A stretch of 46,432 nt of DNA from Pseudomonadota bacterium (lineage in GTDB: Bacteria; Desulfobacterota; Desulfobacteria; Desulfobacterales; RPRI01), in the NCBI GenBank assembly GCA_043825875.1, contig JBDRRF010000008.1, positions 1 to 46,432 of the forward strand, given 5' to 3'. The notes beneath the pieces are model-generated. The model did not search any database, was not told the origin of the DNA, and saw only the letters and a list, made by a program, of their open reading frames with translations. This document shows, piece by piece, positions 10,977-19,616 of the stretch. The translations under genes were made by a program, and so were the position numbers. Every line of letters starts with the position of its first letter. Within the stretch, counting starts at the first letter, position 1.

Positions 10977-12557
10977 ATGCTAAAAAAGTATAAAAATAAA
11001 ATAAAAAGGATTATCTTCACGATGCCGTATTCATCTCATCCCATTATCAATATCGCTCTTGTAGGCGGAAGTGAATTATGCAAGCAAATTCTTGAAAAGA
11101 CCACTTTATATTTTAAACAGCAAGGTGACCAAAACACTCCCATTATTGCCGTTGCCGATCCGGACCCCCAAAGCCCCGGCATGTTGTTTGCGAATAATAA
11201 AGGTCTTATTACACTTGTCGACTATCATGAGCTTTATGATATCTCATACAACATACAACTGATAATAATTTTAAACCCTGATCCGAAAATCCTTGAAGAT
11301 ATTTTAAAAACAAGACCTCCCAGAATACGCATACTTTCGAATCATGTGTTCGAAATTTTCTGGAAGGTAATAAATTATGAAGGTCGAAAACTCAGGGAAC
11401 AGAATAAAGCCATGGAAACCATTTTGAACGGTATCCAGGATTTCATATCTGTAATTACACCTGATATGACTATAGTCGATGCCAACGAATCCCTGCTTAA
11501 AGGCATAGGTTGTTCGGGAAATGAAGTTATAGGACGCAAATGTTACGAAGTTCTTCAAAAAAACCCTTCAGCATGCACAAGCAATGGGATGATATGCCCG
11601 CTGAATGAAGTTATACGTACCAAAAGACCGGTTCAACAGATAAGAACACATATAGATCTTAAAAATAAAGTCCGTCATATTGAGGTTAATATATATCCTG
11701 TCTGGGAAAAAAATGGAAAAATCGTAAAATTTATCCAAATAAGCAGAGATATAACAAAGCATATGGAAGAGCAGGAAGAGATTACAAATCGCCTTGAAAA
11801 AATGGTCGAGGAACGCACAAGCCAACTCAAGGAAACTCATGAAAAGTTAATCCATAAAGACAAAATGGCTTCTTTAGGCAAGCTCTCAGCATCGGTAGTT
11901 CACGAAATCAACAATCCCATAGCCGGTGTTCTTAATCTTACTATACTTATAAAACGCATGCTTCAGGAAAACCCATCCGAAAATAAAGATATGGATGAGA
12001 TTGTGCGTTATCTTGACCTTATGGAAAAAGAGACAAGACGGACAAGCAGAATTGTATCTTATCTTCTTGCATTTTCAAGACAGAACAAGATGGAGCTTAA
12101 GCCATTAAATTTTGATAAACTTATCGAGCAAACTCTTTTTTTAAATTCAAACCTTATTAAGATAAACAATATAAAAATCAAAAACAAGCTTGATCCAAAT
12201 TTACCGGATATTATCGGTTCGGAAGATCAGCTCCAACAAGTTGTTATGAATTTGATATCGAACGCTGTCGAATCTATGGAATCTAAAGGTGAGGGTGTTT
12301 TAACGATTGAAACAAAGCATTTTCCGAAAAAAGGTAGTATTTTAGTTACATTCAAAGATACGGGATTAGGTATTACAAAAGAAAATCTGACTAAAATATT
12401 CGAACCTTTTTTTACTACAAAAAAACAGGGGAAAGGCGTTGGGCTTGGCCTTTCCCTTGCTTATGGAATTATTCAGGAGCATGGGGGTTCAATAAATGTT
12501 GTTTCCAAAGAAGGTAAAGGAACCACTTTTAAAATTGATCTTCCAATAAAACGTTAA
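10977..12557 (+). CDS. Cytoplasmic PAS sensor histidine kinase with Rossmann-like N-terminus (start may be 11022)
   Basis: HEINNP H-box, NLISNA, DTGLGI, FEPFFTTK, GVGLGL; PAS domain with GRKCY..C..CP. Confidence 0.93.
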   Translation: MLKKYKNKIKRIIFTMPYSSHPIINIALVGGSELCKQILEKTTLYFKQQGDQNTPIIAVADPDPQSPGMLFANNKGLITLVDYHELYDISYNIQLIIILNPDPKILEDILKTRPPRIRILSNHVFEIFWKVINYEGRKLREQNKAMETILNGIQDFISVITPDMTIVDANESLLKGIGCSGNEVIGRKCYEVLQKNPSACTSNGMICPLNEVIRTKRPVQQIRTHIDLKNKVRHIEVNIYPVWEKNGKIVKFIQISRDITKHMEEQEEITNRLEKMVEERTSQLKETHEKLIHKDKMASLGKLSASVVHEINNPIAGVLNLTILIKRMLQENPSENKDMDEIVRYLDLMEKETRRTSRIVSYLLAFSRQNKMELKPLNFDKLIEQTLFLNSNLIKINNIKIKNKLDPNLPDIIGSEDQLQQVVMNLISNAVESMESKGEGVLTIETKHFPKKGSILVTFKDTGLGITKENLTKIFEPFFTTKKQGKGVGLGLSLAYGIIQEHGGSINVVSKEGKGTTFKIDLPIKR

Positions 12558-12634
12558 TTTAAATTTTTATCGTCTGGGCATGTTCTTTCAAGCCCAGCCA
12601 CTGATATCCTGCTTCCTTAAACTGCGGAGGTTTA

Positions 12635-13978
12635 TTGATGAACAGAGCAAAGCTTCTTATAGTTGATGACGAGCTGATAATGAGAGAATCATTGGCCGGA
12701 TGGCTTAAAAGAGACGGCCACGAGGTCCAAACAGCGGAAAGCGGGGAAGAAGCTCTTGATAAAATCAAAGACACCCGATTTGATATACTGCTTGTAGATA
12801 TAAAGATGGAAGGAATAAGCGGCCTTGAAGTATTAAAATCAGTTAAAGAAAGTGACCCTGATGTTTCCGTTGTTATGATTACGGCATATGGCTCCATACA
12901 AACCGCAATTGAAGCTATGAAAAAAGGAGCATATGATTATCTTCTCAAACCGTTTGACCCGCATGAGCTTGGTGTTCTTATAGAAAAAATACTGGAGAAT
13001 CAGGCTCAGGCAAGAGAAAATCTTTATCTTAGAGAACAATTCAAGGAAACAACAAGATTTGAAAGCCTGATAGGTCAATCCGGTGTAATGCAGGAAGTAT
13101 TTGAGCTTATACAAAATGTTGCTCCTTTAAATACTACGGTGCTTATCACTGGTGAAACCGGCACGGGAAAAGGTCTTGCAGCAAAGGCCGTACATACACA
13201 CAGCACAAGATGCCAAGGTCCTTTTGTAGTGGTTAATTGCGGCGCCATACCTGAGAATCTGATGGAAAGTGAACTATTCGGATACCAGAAAGGAGCTTTT
13301 ACCGATGCTAAAACTACAAAAAAAGGCCGTCTTGAGATGGCTCATGGAGGAACACTCTTTCTGGATGAAATCGGAGAGATCGGCATGCGAATGCAGATCG
13401 ATTTATTGCGGGTGCTTGAAGACAGAATATTTTACAGGGTTGGCGGCACTCAGCCGATAGAAGCGGATTTCAGGATTATTGCAGCTACAAACAGAAACCT
13501 TCAGGAAGCTATCGCAAAAGGTATATTCAGAGAAGATTTATATTACCGGTTGAATGTCGTTTCATTTAAAATGCCTTCATTAAGAGAAAGAAAGGAAGAT
13601 ATTCCGCTTTTGGCCGATCACTTTCTCCATCGTTTTACACAGGAAACAAACAAGCAAATTGACCGTATAAGTCGTGATGCAATGGATGAAATGATGCTTT
13701 ATGAATGGCCGGGTAATGTAAGAGAGCTTGAAAATGCAATAGAGCGGTCTGTTGTTATCGCAAAAAAAAGAAACATTATCCCTCAGGATTTGCCTATTTT
13801 CCGGCCTGATGGAATTTATATTCCATCCAAGAACACCCTTGAAGGTATTGAAAAAACCCATATTAACAGAATACTTTCTGAAAACGATTGGAATATATCC
13901 GCTACAGCCAAGGTATTAGGGATTGACAGGTCAACACTTTACAGCAAGATTAAACGATACAACATAATAAAACCTTAG
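12635..13978 (+). CDS. Sigma54-dependent response regulator (NtrC/AtoC family)
   Basis: Receiver domain, GETGTGK, ESELFG, GAFTDA, WPGNVRELEN, C-terminal Fis-type HTH. Confidence 0.96.
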   Translation: MMNRAKLLIVDDELIMRESLAGWLKRDGHEVQTAESGEEALDKIKDTRFDILLVDIKMEGISGLEVLKSVKESDPDVSVVMITAYGSIQTAIEAMKKGAYDYLLKPFDPHELGVLIEKILENQAQARENLYLREQFKETTRFESLIGQSGVMQEVFELIQNVAPLNTTVLITGETGTGKGLAAKAVHTHSTRCQGPFVVVNCGAIPENLMESELFGYQKGAFTDAKTTKKGRLEMAHGGTLFLDEIGEIGMRMQIDLLRVLEDRIFYRVGGTQPIEADFRIIAATNRNLQEAIAKGIFREDLYYRLNVVSFKMPSLRERKEDIPLLADHFLHRFTQETNKQIDRISRDAMDEMMLYEWPGNVRELENAIERSVVIAKKRNIIPQDLPIFRPDGIYIPSKNTLEGIEKTHINRILSENDWNISATAKVLGIDRSTLYSKIKRYNIIKP

Positions 13979-13987
13979 TCTATAAGC

Positions 13988-14545
13988 TTGAATATAGATT
14001 CCAAACATAAAATCATCATTTCTCCTATCGGAAACATTGATGCAAAAATAATCGGGTCTGTTAAAAAGGTGATAAGCCATAGATTCGGTTTTCAGACTAT
14101 AGTTATGCCATTGCTTGAAAATATCGGTTTTGCTTTTGATCCGGGCCGGAACCAGCATAATTCTACATCGATTTTAGGAAAGCTGGAAAGCTGTGCACCT
14201 GAGTATGCACTCAAAGTTCTTGCCGTAACCGATGTAGATCTATTCATTCCTATACTGACACATGTATACGGAGAAGCCCAGCTCGGGGGAAGAACCTCTA
14301 TAGTATCGATATACAGGCTTAAAGATTGCCTCTCAGGAATCAGAGAAAGTATTTCATTACCGGAAAGAATTGTCAAAGAAGCAATCCATGAACTTGGTCA
14401 TACATTCAATCTTCTGCATTGCAAAGATCATTCATGTATAATGCATTATTGCCGGACAGAAAAAGATGTTGACCGAAAATCGGATCAGTTGTGCAGGTAC
14501 TGCAAAATACTTTTAGATGATGAGATTAAAAGATTAAGACCGTAA
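13988..14545 (+). CDS. Archaemetzincin-family Zn metalloprotease
   Basis: HELGHTFNLLHC zinc motif, CIM Met-turn, LCRYC, DLFIPILTHVYGEA; TTG start. Confidence 0.9.
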   Translation: MNIDSKHKIIISPIGNIDAKIIGSVKKVISHRFGFQTIVMPLLENIGFAFDPGRNQHNSTSILGKLESCAPEYALKVLAVTDVDLFIPILTHVYGEAQLGGRTSIVSIYRLKDCLSGIRESISLPERIVKEAIHELGHTFNLLHCKDHSCIMHYCRTEKDVDRKSDQLCRYCKILLDDEIKRLRP

Positions 14546-15469
14546 AAATAGCTGCGTTAGTTTCTCCCAGCCAAGTTGCGGTATATTGCCATAAATATTT
14601 TCGGCAAGAAAGCCTCCGTCGGTATTTAAAAGCTGACCGGAATTTTCGATAGCTTTGTAAAGAACATCTACTTCTTTTTTCATGAATTCCTTTGATTGAT
14701 CGGCAATGTAAAGGTTCTTTATGTCATCTTTTAATTTTTCAGAGTGAACTCTTAAAATCCAGCCGTCAGTATAAGGATTTTTTCCGGCCGGCATTGCATC
14801 CTCTCTTAATTTAGGATTGATGTCTGTTACAACTCCACTAACAGGTGAAAGCAAAGTTGCACAGTGGTTGCCGCGTTTTATGGTAATCTGCGATTTGTTC
14901 TGTATCAGCTGTTTTCCAATAAGTGGAGCTTCAATTTGTTCAAGCGGACCGAAAACTTTAAGTGCAAAATCATCAAGTCCTATTCTTACGGTTTTTCCTT
15001 CTTCAATCTTGACCCATGCATGTCCTTTATGAAGATAATAGCCCTGAGGAATTTTGAATCCCTGAACATTTAATACTTCAACCGGGTTAACAGTTGCATG
15101 AACAGTATATTGATCAGAAAAATACTGGTCGAACTCACAATTTACGCACATATAATCATGCCCGCAGGATTTGAAATCTATCCGGCCTTTCATATGGTGT
15201 ATGCATGGTCTTTTTGATACAGGTAAATCTTTAAGCTTTTCCATCCAGTGTACAATGTTTTTATGCTTTTTACCTTTGGCAGTACTTTTTCCGGCAATAT
15301 TTTTGTTTGTATCTGCCATATCAGTCATGGTTATATCATATTGGCAAGTCGCACAGTTATATAAAGCATTACAATACTTTGAGCGAACAACTCCGGCCTG
15401 CATCCATACACAGGGGAAGCTTTTTTTATTTTCTTTATTTAATCGGAGAGATTCCATTAATGACCTCAC
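14534..15469 (-). CDS. GcvH-like protein lacking the lipoyl-Lys, with two N-terminal Cys4 motifs (paralog 2)
   Basis: HAWVK, RIGLDDFA, SPVSGVVTDIN, NPYTDGW; Cx12Cx5Cx2C twice. Confidence 0.85.
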   Translation of the reverse strand: MRSLMESLRLNKENKKSFPCVWMQAGVVRSKYCNALYNCATCQYDITMTDMADTNKNIAGKSTAKGKKHKNIVHWMEKLKDLPVSKRPCIHHMKGRIDFKSCGHDYMCVNCEFDQYFSDQYTVHATVNPVEVLNVQGFKIPQGYYLHKGHAWVKIEEGKTVRIGLDDFALKVFGPLEQIEAPLIGKQLIQNKSQITIKRGNHCATLLSPVSGVVTDINPKLREDAMPAGKNPYTDGWILRVHSEKLKDDIKNLYIADQSKEFMKKEVDVLYKAIENSGQLLNTDGGFLAENIYGNIPQLGWEKLTQLFLRS

Positions 15470-15579
15470 TGTAACAAGGTTCTCTGATTTACATAAACGC
15501 TAACTTATTTTATCAGGTCTGTTAATAAAAAATGGCCCTGTAGAATATCGAATAAGTGATCTCAAATCATGAAACGTTT

Positions 15580-15717
15580 GGCGGGGTGTAAAACCCCGCC
15601 CTACATCTTCTACCACAGGGCGGATTTGCCCTTAGTTTGCCGGGGTGTAGAAACCCCGCCAAAAGGCAAATAGTGTAGGGCGGCATTTTACATGCCGCCA
15701 CGTGCTCTGCCCCCTAC
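15580..15717. repeat. GTAG-type REP cluster between the two GcvH-like genes
   Basis: ggcggggtgtaaaaccccgccctac (15580..15604) matches the 5757 copy; degenerate copy near 15640; gtagggcggcattttacatgccgcc (15675..15699). Confidence 0.78.
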
Positions 15718-15734
15718 ATCTATTCATTGTAAAA

Positions 15735-16724
15735 TCAAGTTTTAAGAAAAGTTTTTGTAAGATTACTCCAGTCAAGACCCGGAAGATTTCCGTAAATATC
15801 TTCCATAAAATAGCCGCCATCAGCTGCAAGAGGCCCGGCGACATCTTCCACCATTCTTTCAAGAGCAACTACTTCTTCACTTATCCATCCGAGACTATTC
15901 GTATCATCCATAAGCTGCTTAACCGTTTTCTTTATGTCCGGTGAGCGAACCATAAAGAGCCAGCCATCTCCATAAGGTTCGCTGTTTGCGAGTTCGGGTT
16001 TTTCCCTTACATCGGCATTCACTTCAACTATTACACCATCAACAGGAGAAAGAACATCCGCCTTGTTATCTTTGCGTCTTAATCCCCATCCGGCTGCGCC
16101 CTGGTCAAGCTCTTTTCCCATTAGCGGAAGGTCAAATGCATCGGCTTTGCCTAATAGTTTTAAAGAAAAATCGTCAAGCCCGATTCTAATAAATCCTCCG
16201 CTTTCAATTCTTGCCCATGTATGGCCGTTATGAAAATAATATCCCACTGGAACATCAAAGCCTTTTACCTGTTGGATTTCGCCGGGCATTGCCTTGTTTT
16301 TGGTTGTCCAGACATCTTCAAAAAACTGGTCAAAATCGCATGTTGCACATTGATAATCATAGGCGCAGGCTCTCTTTTCGATCCTGTTTGTAAGGCTATG
16401 CCTGCAAACCCTGTTCAAATAGGGCTTTTTTCTCATTGCATCCTGCCAGCTGATGCTGTTTCCTTTTTCTACTTTTTTGCTCATGCCAAGATCATATTTG
16501 CATGTGGTACAATCATAAAAATTATTACAATCTTTAAAATTCACAAGGCCAGCCTGCATCCATATACAGGGATTGGTTATATGCGCGCTTTTATCAGGTT
16601 TTACCATCCATGTTTGTCCTCCCAAAACGGTTTTTATTTCGGTTGGATTAGTTTCTTTAGTATTACCTTTTCTGTAAGTTGACCCATATCCCAGTTTGCT
16701 TCTTTGCTCTTTTTGACTTGCCAT
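15735..16724 (-). CDS. GcvH-like protein lacking the lipoyl-Lys, with two N-terminal Cys4 motifs (paralog 1)
   Basis: AAGGAG RBS; HTWAR, RIGLDDFS, SPVDGVIVEVN, EPYGDGWL; Cx12Cx5Cx2C twice. Confidence 0.87.
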   Translation of the reverse strand: MASQKEQRSKLGYGSTYRKGNTKETNPTEIKTVLGGQTWMVKPDKSAHITNPCIWMQAGLVNFKDCNNFYDCTTCKYDLGMSKKVEKGNSISWQDAMRKKPYLNRVCRHSLTNRIEKRACAYDYQCATCDFDQFFEDVWTTKNKAMPGEIQQVKGFDVPVGYYFHNGHTWARIESGGFIRIGLDDFSLKLLGKADAFDLPLMGKELDQGAAGWGLRRKDNKADVLSPVDGVIVEVNADVREKPELANSEPYGDGWLFMVRSPDIKKTVKQLMDDTNSLGWISEEVVALERMVEDVAGPLAADGGYFMEDIYGNLPGLDWSNLTKTFLKT

Positions 16725-16790
16725 GTTTATCTCCTTTGGTTTTTATATATTTAATTAATTTTTTATTTTCTTTTTTGATTTATATATAGA

Positions 16791-16805
16791 GCAAAGCATA
16801 TGCCA
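16791..16805 (-). promoter_or_regulatory. Sigma54 -24/-12 promoter
   Basis: Minus strand TGGCATATGCTTTGC, exact GG-N10-GC spacing, ~65 bp upstream of the ATG at 16724. Confidence 0.8.
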
Positions 16806-16964
16806 ACTCGCCCTATAAGGCATAATTAATTCACAACAAATTGAAAATATTATAATAATGGCAGATATGCCCGGCTAATTAATTCCAAGACTTAAAATTC
16901 ATGAAATGATGGAATTTACGGCAGTATGGAAAAGAAAAGCTAATTTGCAAAAACAAAAATACAA

Positions 16965-16977
16965 TATCAAATAGTTA
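16965..16977 (+). promoter_or_regulatory. IHF-binding consensus
   Basis: TATCAA-ATAG-TTA matches WATCAANNNNTTR, with an upstream A-tract. Confidence 0.55.
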
Positions 16978-16996
16978 TCACAAATAGTTATATCTA

Positions 16997-17045
16997 TGTT
17001 GAGTTTTACAACACAAAAAAAGCCATGCTGTTGAATATCGCTACA
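16997..17045. promoter_or_regulatory. Tandem enhancer-like palindromes (TGT-N11-ACA)
   Basis: TGTTG-N7-CAACA (16997..17013) and TGTTG-N7-CTACA (17029..17045), 32 bp apart. Confidence 0.6.
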
Positions 17046-17055
17046 GTATGGCTTT
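17015..17055 (-). terminator. Rho-independent terminator after the metF-like gene
   Basis: Minus strand AAAGCCATACTGT..ACAGCATGGCTTT followed by a T run. Confidence 0.65.
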
Positions 17056-17107
17056 GTGAAAAAGAGTTTTATTTTATATGGTGTGCTTTAAAAGAAGGTT
17101 TGTAGTT

Positions 17108-17971
17108 TTATTCCAATATCTCAGAAAGTTTATTCTCCCATCCCATGGTTGAAATAAAAGCTCCTGCAAATCCTTCGTTTTTGAGCATTGAAACTGTTTC
17201 GGAAGCGATTTTAACACATTCGCGCACTCTGTCAGGAGCCTTCAGGATACGCTCTATTACAGCATCAGGAATCATTATATTATCCATGTGCTGTTTTATG
17301 TATTTAGCCATTCCGGCAGATTTTAGTAAAAGTACGGTAGGAATTATTTTTACTTTTGAAAGGTCTACTCTTTCCAAAAAATGTTGAATTCCTTTTACTT
17401 CAAACAAAGCAGGGGTTATAAAAAACCTTGTCCCTGCTTCTATCTTTATTTTCATTATATCAAGTTCCAGTGTTAAAGCCTGTCCGCTAGCTCCTGCATT
17501 AACGGTGGACCCGATAATAAATTCGGGAGACCCGGAAAGCTCGATGCCCGCCATATCTTTGCCACTGTTAAGATCATTAATTGTGCGTATAAGCTCGATC
17601 AAATCAAGATCATAAACAGCTTTTGCCTCATGATGATCTCCAAAACGCGGCTCTTCACCACTGACTGCCATAACATTGGAAATATTTATCGCTCCTGCCG
17701 CAAGAAGATCAGCCTGCAAGGCAAGTCTGTTACGATCTCTGCAATTTATCTGGAAAACTGTATCCAAGCCGTTTGATTTGAGTATCAAAGCCCCTCCTAA
17801 AGAACTCATACGCATCACGGCATTGCTCATTTCAGGCACTACAAAAGCATCAACAATTCCTTTAACTCTTTTAGCATTAGCCAGCATTAAAGAAACATCA
17901 ATTCCCTTGGGTGGTTCCAGTTCGGCCAAAATTGCAAAATTCCCTTTTTCCAGCTTGCTTTTAAGACTCAT
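17108..17971 (-). CDS. Divergent MetF-like protein (third paralog, no adjacent metV)
   Basis: ELEPPKG, CRDRNRLALQAD retained; SGEE and FFITP replace SGDH and FIQTQ. Confidence 0.85.
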   Translation of the reverse strand: MSLKSKLEKGNFAILAELEPPKGIDVSLMLANAKRVKGIVDAFVVPEMSNAVMRMSSLGGALILKSNGLDTVFQINCRDRNRLALQADLLAAGAINISNVMAVSGEEPRFGDHHEAKAVYDLDLIELIRTINDLNSGKDMAGIELSGSPEFIIGSTVNAGASGQALTLELDIMKIKIEAGTRFFITPALFEVKGIQHFLERVDLSKVKIIPTVLLLKSAGMAKYIKQHMDNIMIPDAVIERILKAPDRVRECVKIASETVSMLKNEGFAGAFISTMGWENKLSEILE

Positions 17972-18098
17972 AAAATTCCTCCTGGATCAGACTGTTTAAA
18001 GAATAGAAAATATTAAATTCAATATCAGCTATATGGCAAATATCTATACTGGCCGGTTTGCAAAATACTATAATATAGTTAATATAGATCAATAACGC

Positions 18099-19616
18099 TT
18101 ATACCCCTGATTCTCGATCACCATACTCGCCCACGGGAAGCGACACTGTAAAAATACTTCCTTCATCAAAAGCGCTTTTAACGCAAATCGATCCGCCAAG
18201 ATCGGTCAAAAGACCTTTTACTATAGGAAGCCCTAAGCCGGTTCCTGTTATATATCTTGTTTTTTCATTTTTTATCCTGAAGAATTTATCAAAAATTTTA
18301 TCAATATACGTTGGATCGATACCAAAACCATTATCTTTTATTTCTATTACAAGATTTTGTCCATCAATACCGGCGCTGACTTTTATTTCTCCTCCTTCCT
18401 GAGTATAATTTATAGCATTTGTAATAAGGTTTCCAAAAATGCTTTCAAGCGCCAGGGGGTCGGATTTGATGGAAGGTATGTCACTTTCAGGCAAATATAG
18501 CTCAATCGACTGTTGTTTAGTTTTCGCTCTGGTACCAAGAAAATCCACTATACTCTTAAGCAGGGTTTTTATACACACCGGGTTAAGTTCTTTACTTACC
18601 ATACCTGCTTCAATACGCGAAAGGTCGAGAAGATCACCTATGAGAGAAATAAGGCCACTAGTTTTTTCCTTGGCGCGGGACAAAAGCTGTCTTTCATCAT
18701 CAGATTCACCGCCTGCCATATCATTTAAGACAGAAGCTAACTGCTCATGTATAGTCGAAAGGGGAGATCTTAATTCATGAGAAACTTTTGCTACAAATTC
18801 GGATTTGAGCCTGTCTAGTACTTTCAATGCTGTAATATCTTCAAGCGATATAACTGCACCAAGGCATTCGTTTTCATCACCTAAAACGGGTCTTAGTCTT
18901 GCCATCAGAAATTTATCGTCACCTAAAGAAAATTCATATGGCGGAATACTTCCCGTATCACCGTAACAGCCTTGTGAAATTTTCATAACTTGTGAACAAA
19001 AACCCTCGTCTTTAACATAGTGTTCTATGTGCTCGTCAGATGAATTATTAGCAGGGTCTAAACCTAAATGCCTTAAAAAAGACGGGTTCATAAGCGCAAC
19101 CTGTCCGCTTGAATTGGTTACAACAATTCCGTTAGGAAGAGATTCAATTATGGTTCTTATGCGGCTTTTTTCCGTTCCCAAATCGGCTAAAGTTCTTTTT
19201 CTTTCAAGCTCAAGAATTTCGGCTTCAAAAGTCAATCTGATCTTTTCTAAAGCCCGGTTTACTATTATTCTTAAATGCTCCGGCTCAAACGGTTTCGCGA
19301 TAAAATCATATGCACCATGCTTCATAGCTTCTATAGCAGTTTCAACAGTAGCATATCCGGTAATTACTATCACAAGAATGTCAGGATTCTTTTCCTTGAT
19401 TCTTACCAAAACCTGCATTCCATCAAGTCCGGGCATTTTTAAATCCAGAAGTACTATAGAAACCTTTTGTTTATCCAGGATATCAAGCGCTTTATCTCCC
19501 CTTTCAGCTGTAATAACCTTTAAACCCATCCGGACAAGAATTCTTTCAGCTCCTATTCTTATGCCTTCTTCATCATCAACAACAAGAACATGTGTTGCGT
19601 CTTGGGTGATTTTCAA
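18099..19616 (-). CDS. Hybrid receiver-PAS-histidine kinase
   Basis: N-terminal receiver (VVDDE, LLDLKMP), HELRSPL, NLITNA, GTGLGL. Confidence 0.93.
   Translation of the reverse strand: MKITQDATHVLVVDDEEGIRIGAERILVRMGLKVITAERGDKALDILDKQKVSIVLLDLKMPGLDGMQVLVRIKEKNPDILVIVITGYATVETAIEAMKHGAYDFIAKPFEPEHLRIIVNRALEKIRLTFEAEILELERKRTLADLGTEKSRIRTIIESLPNGIVVTNSSGQVALMNPSFLRHLGLDPANNSSDEHIEHYVKDEGFCSQVMKISQGCYGDTGSIPPYEFSLGDDKFLMARLRPVLGDENECLGAVISLEDITALKVLDRLKSEFVAKVSHELRSPLSTIHEQLASVLNDMAGGESDDERQLLSRAKEKTSGLISLIGDLLDLSRIEAGMVSKELNPVCIKTLLKSIVDFLGTRAKTKQQSIELYLPESDIPSIKSDPLALESIFGNLITNAINYTQEGGEIKVSAGIDGQNLVIEIKDNGFGIDPTYIDKIFDKFFRIKNEKTRYITGTGLGLPIVKGLLTDLGGSICVKSAFDEGSIFTVSLPVGEYGDRESGV

Noticed and set aside
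5757..15717. CRISPR array
   Set aside because: The repeats are few, inverted and irregularly spaced, with no spacers and no cas genes.
14534..16724. Genuine glycine cleavage H proteins or sHdr LbpA
   Set aside because: No ESVK lysine, roughly 2.5 times the normal length, and no gcvP/T/L or lipoylation genes nearby.
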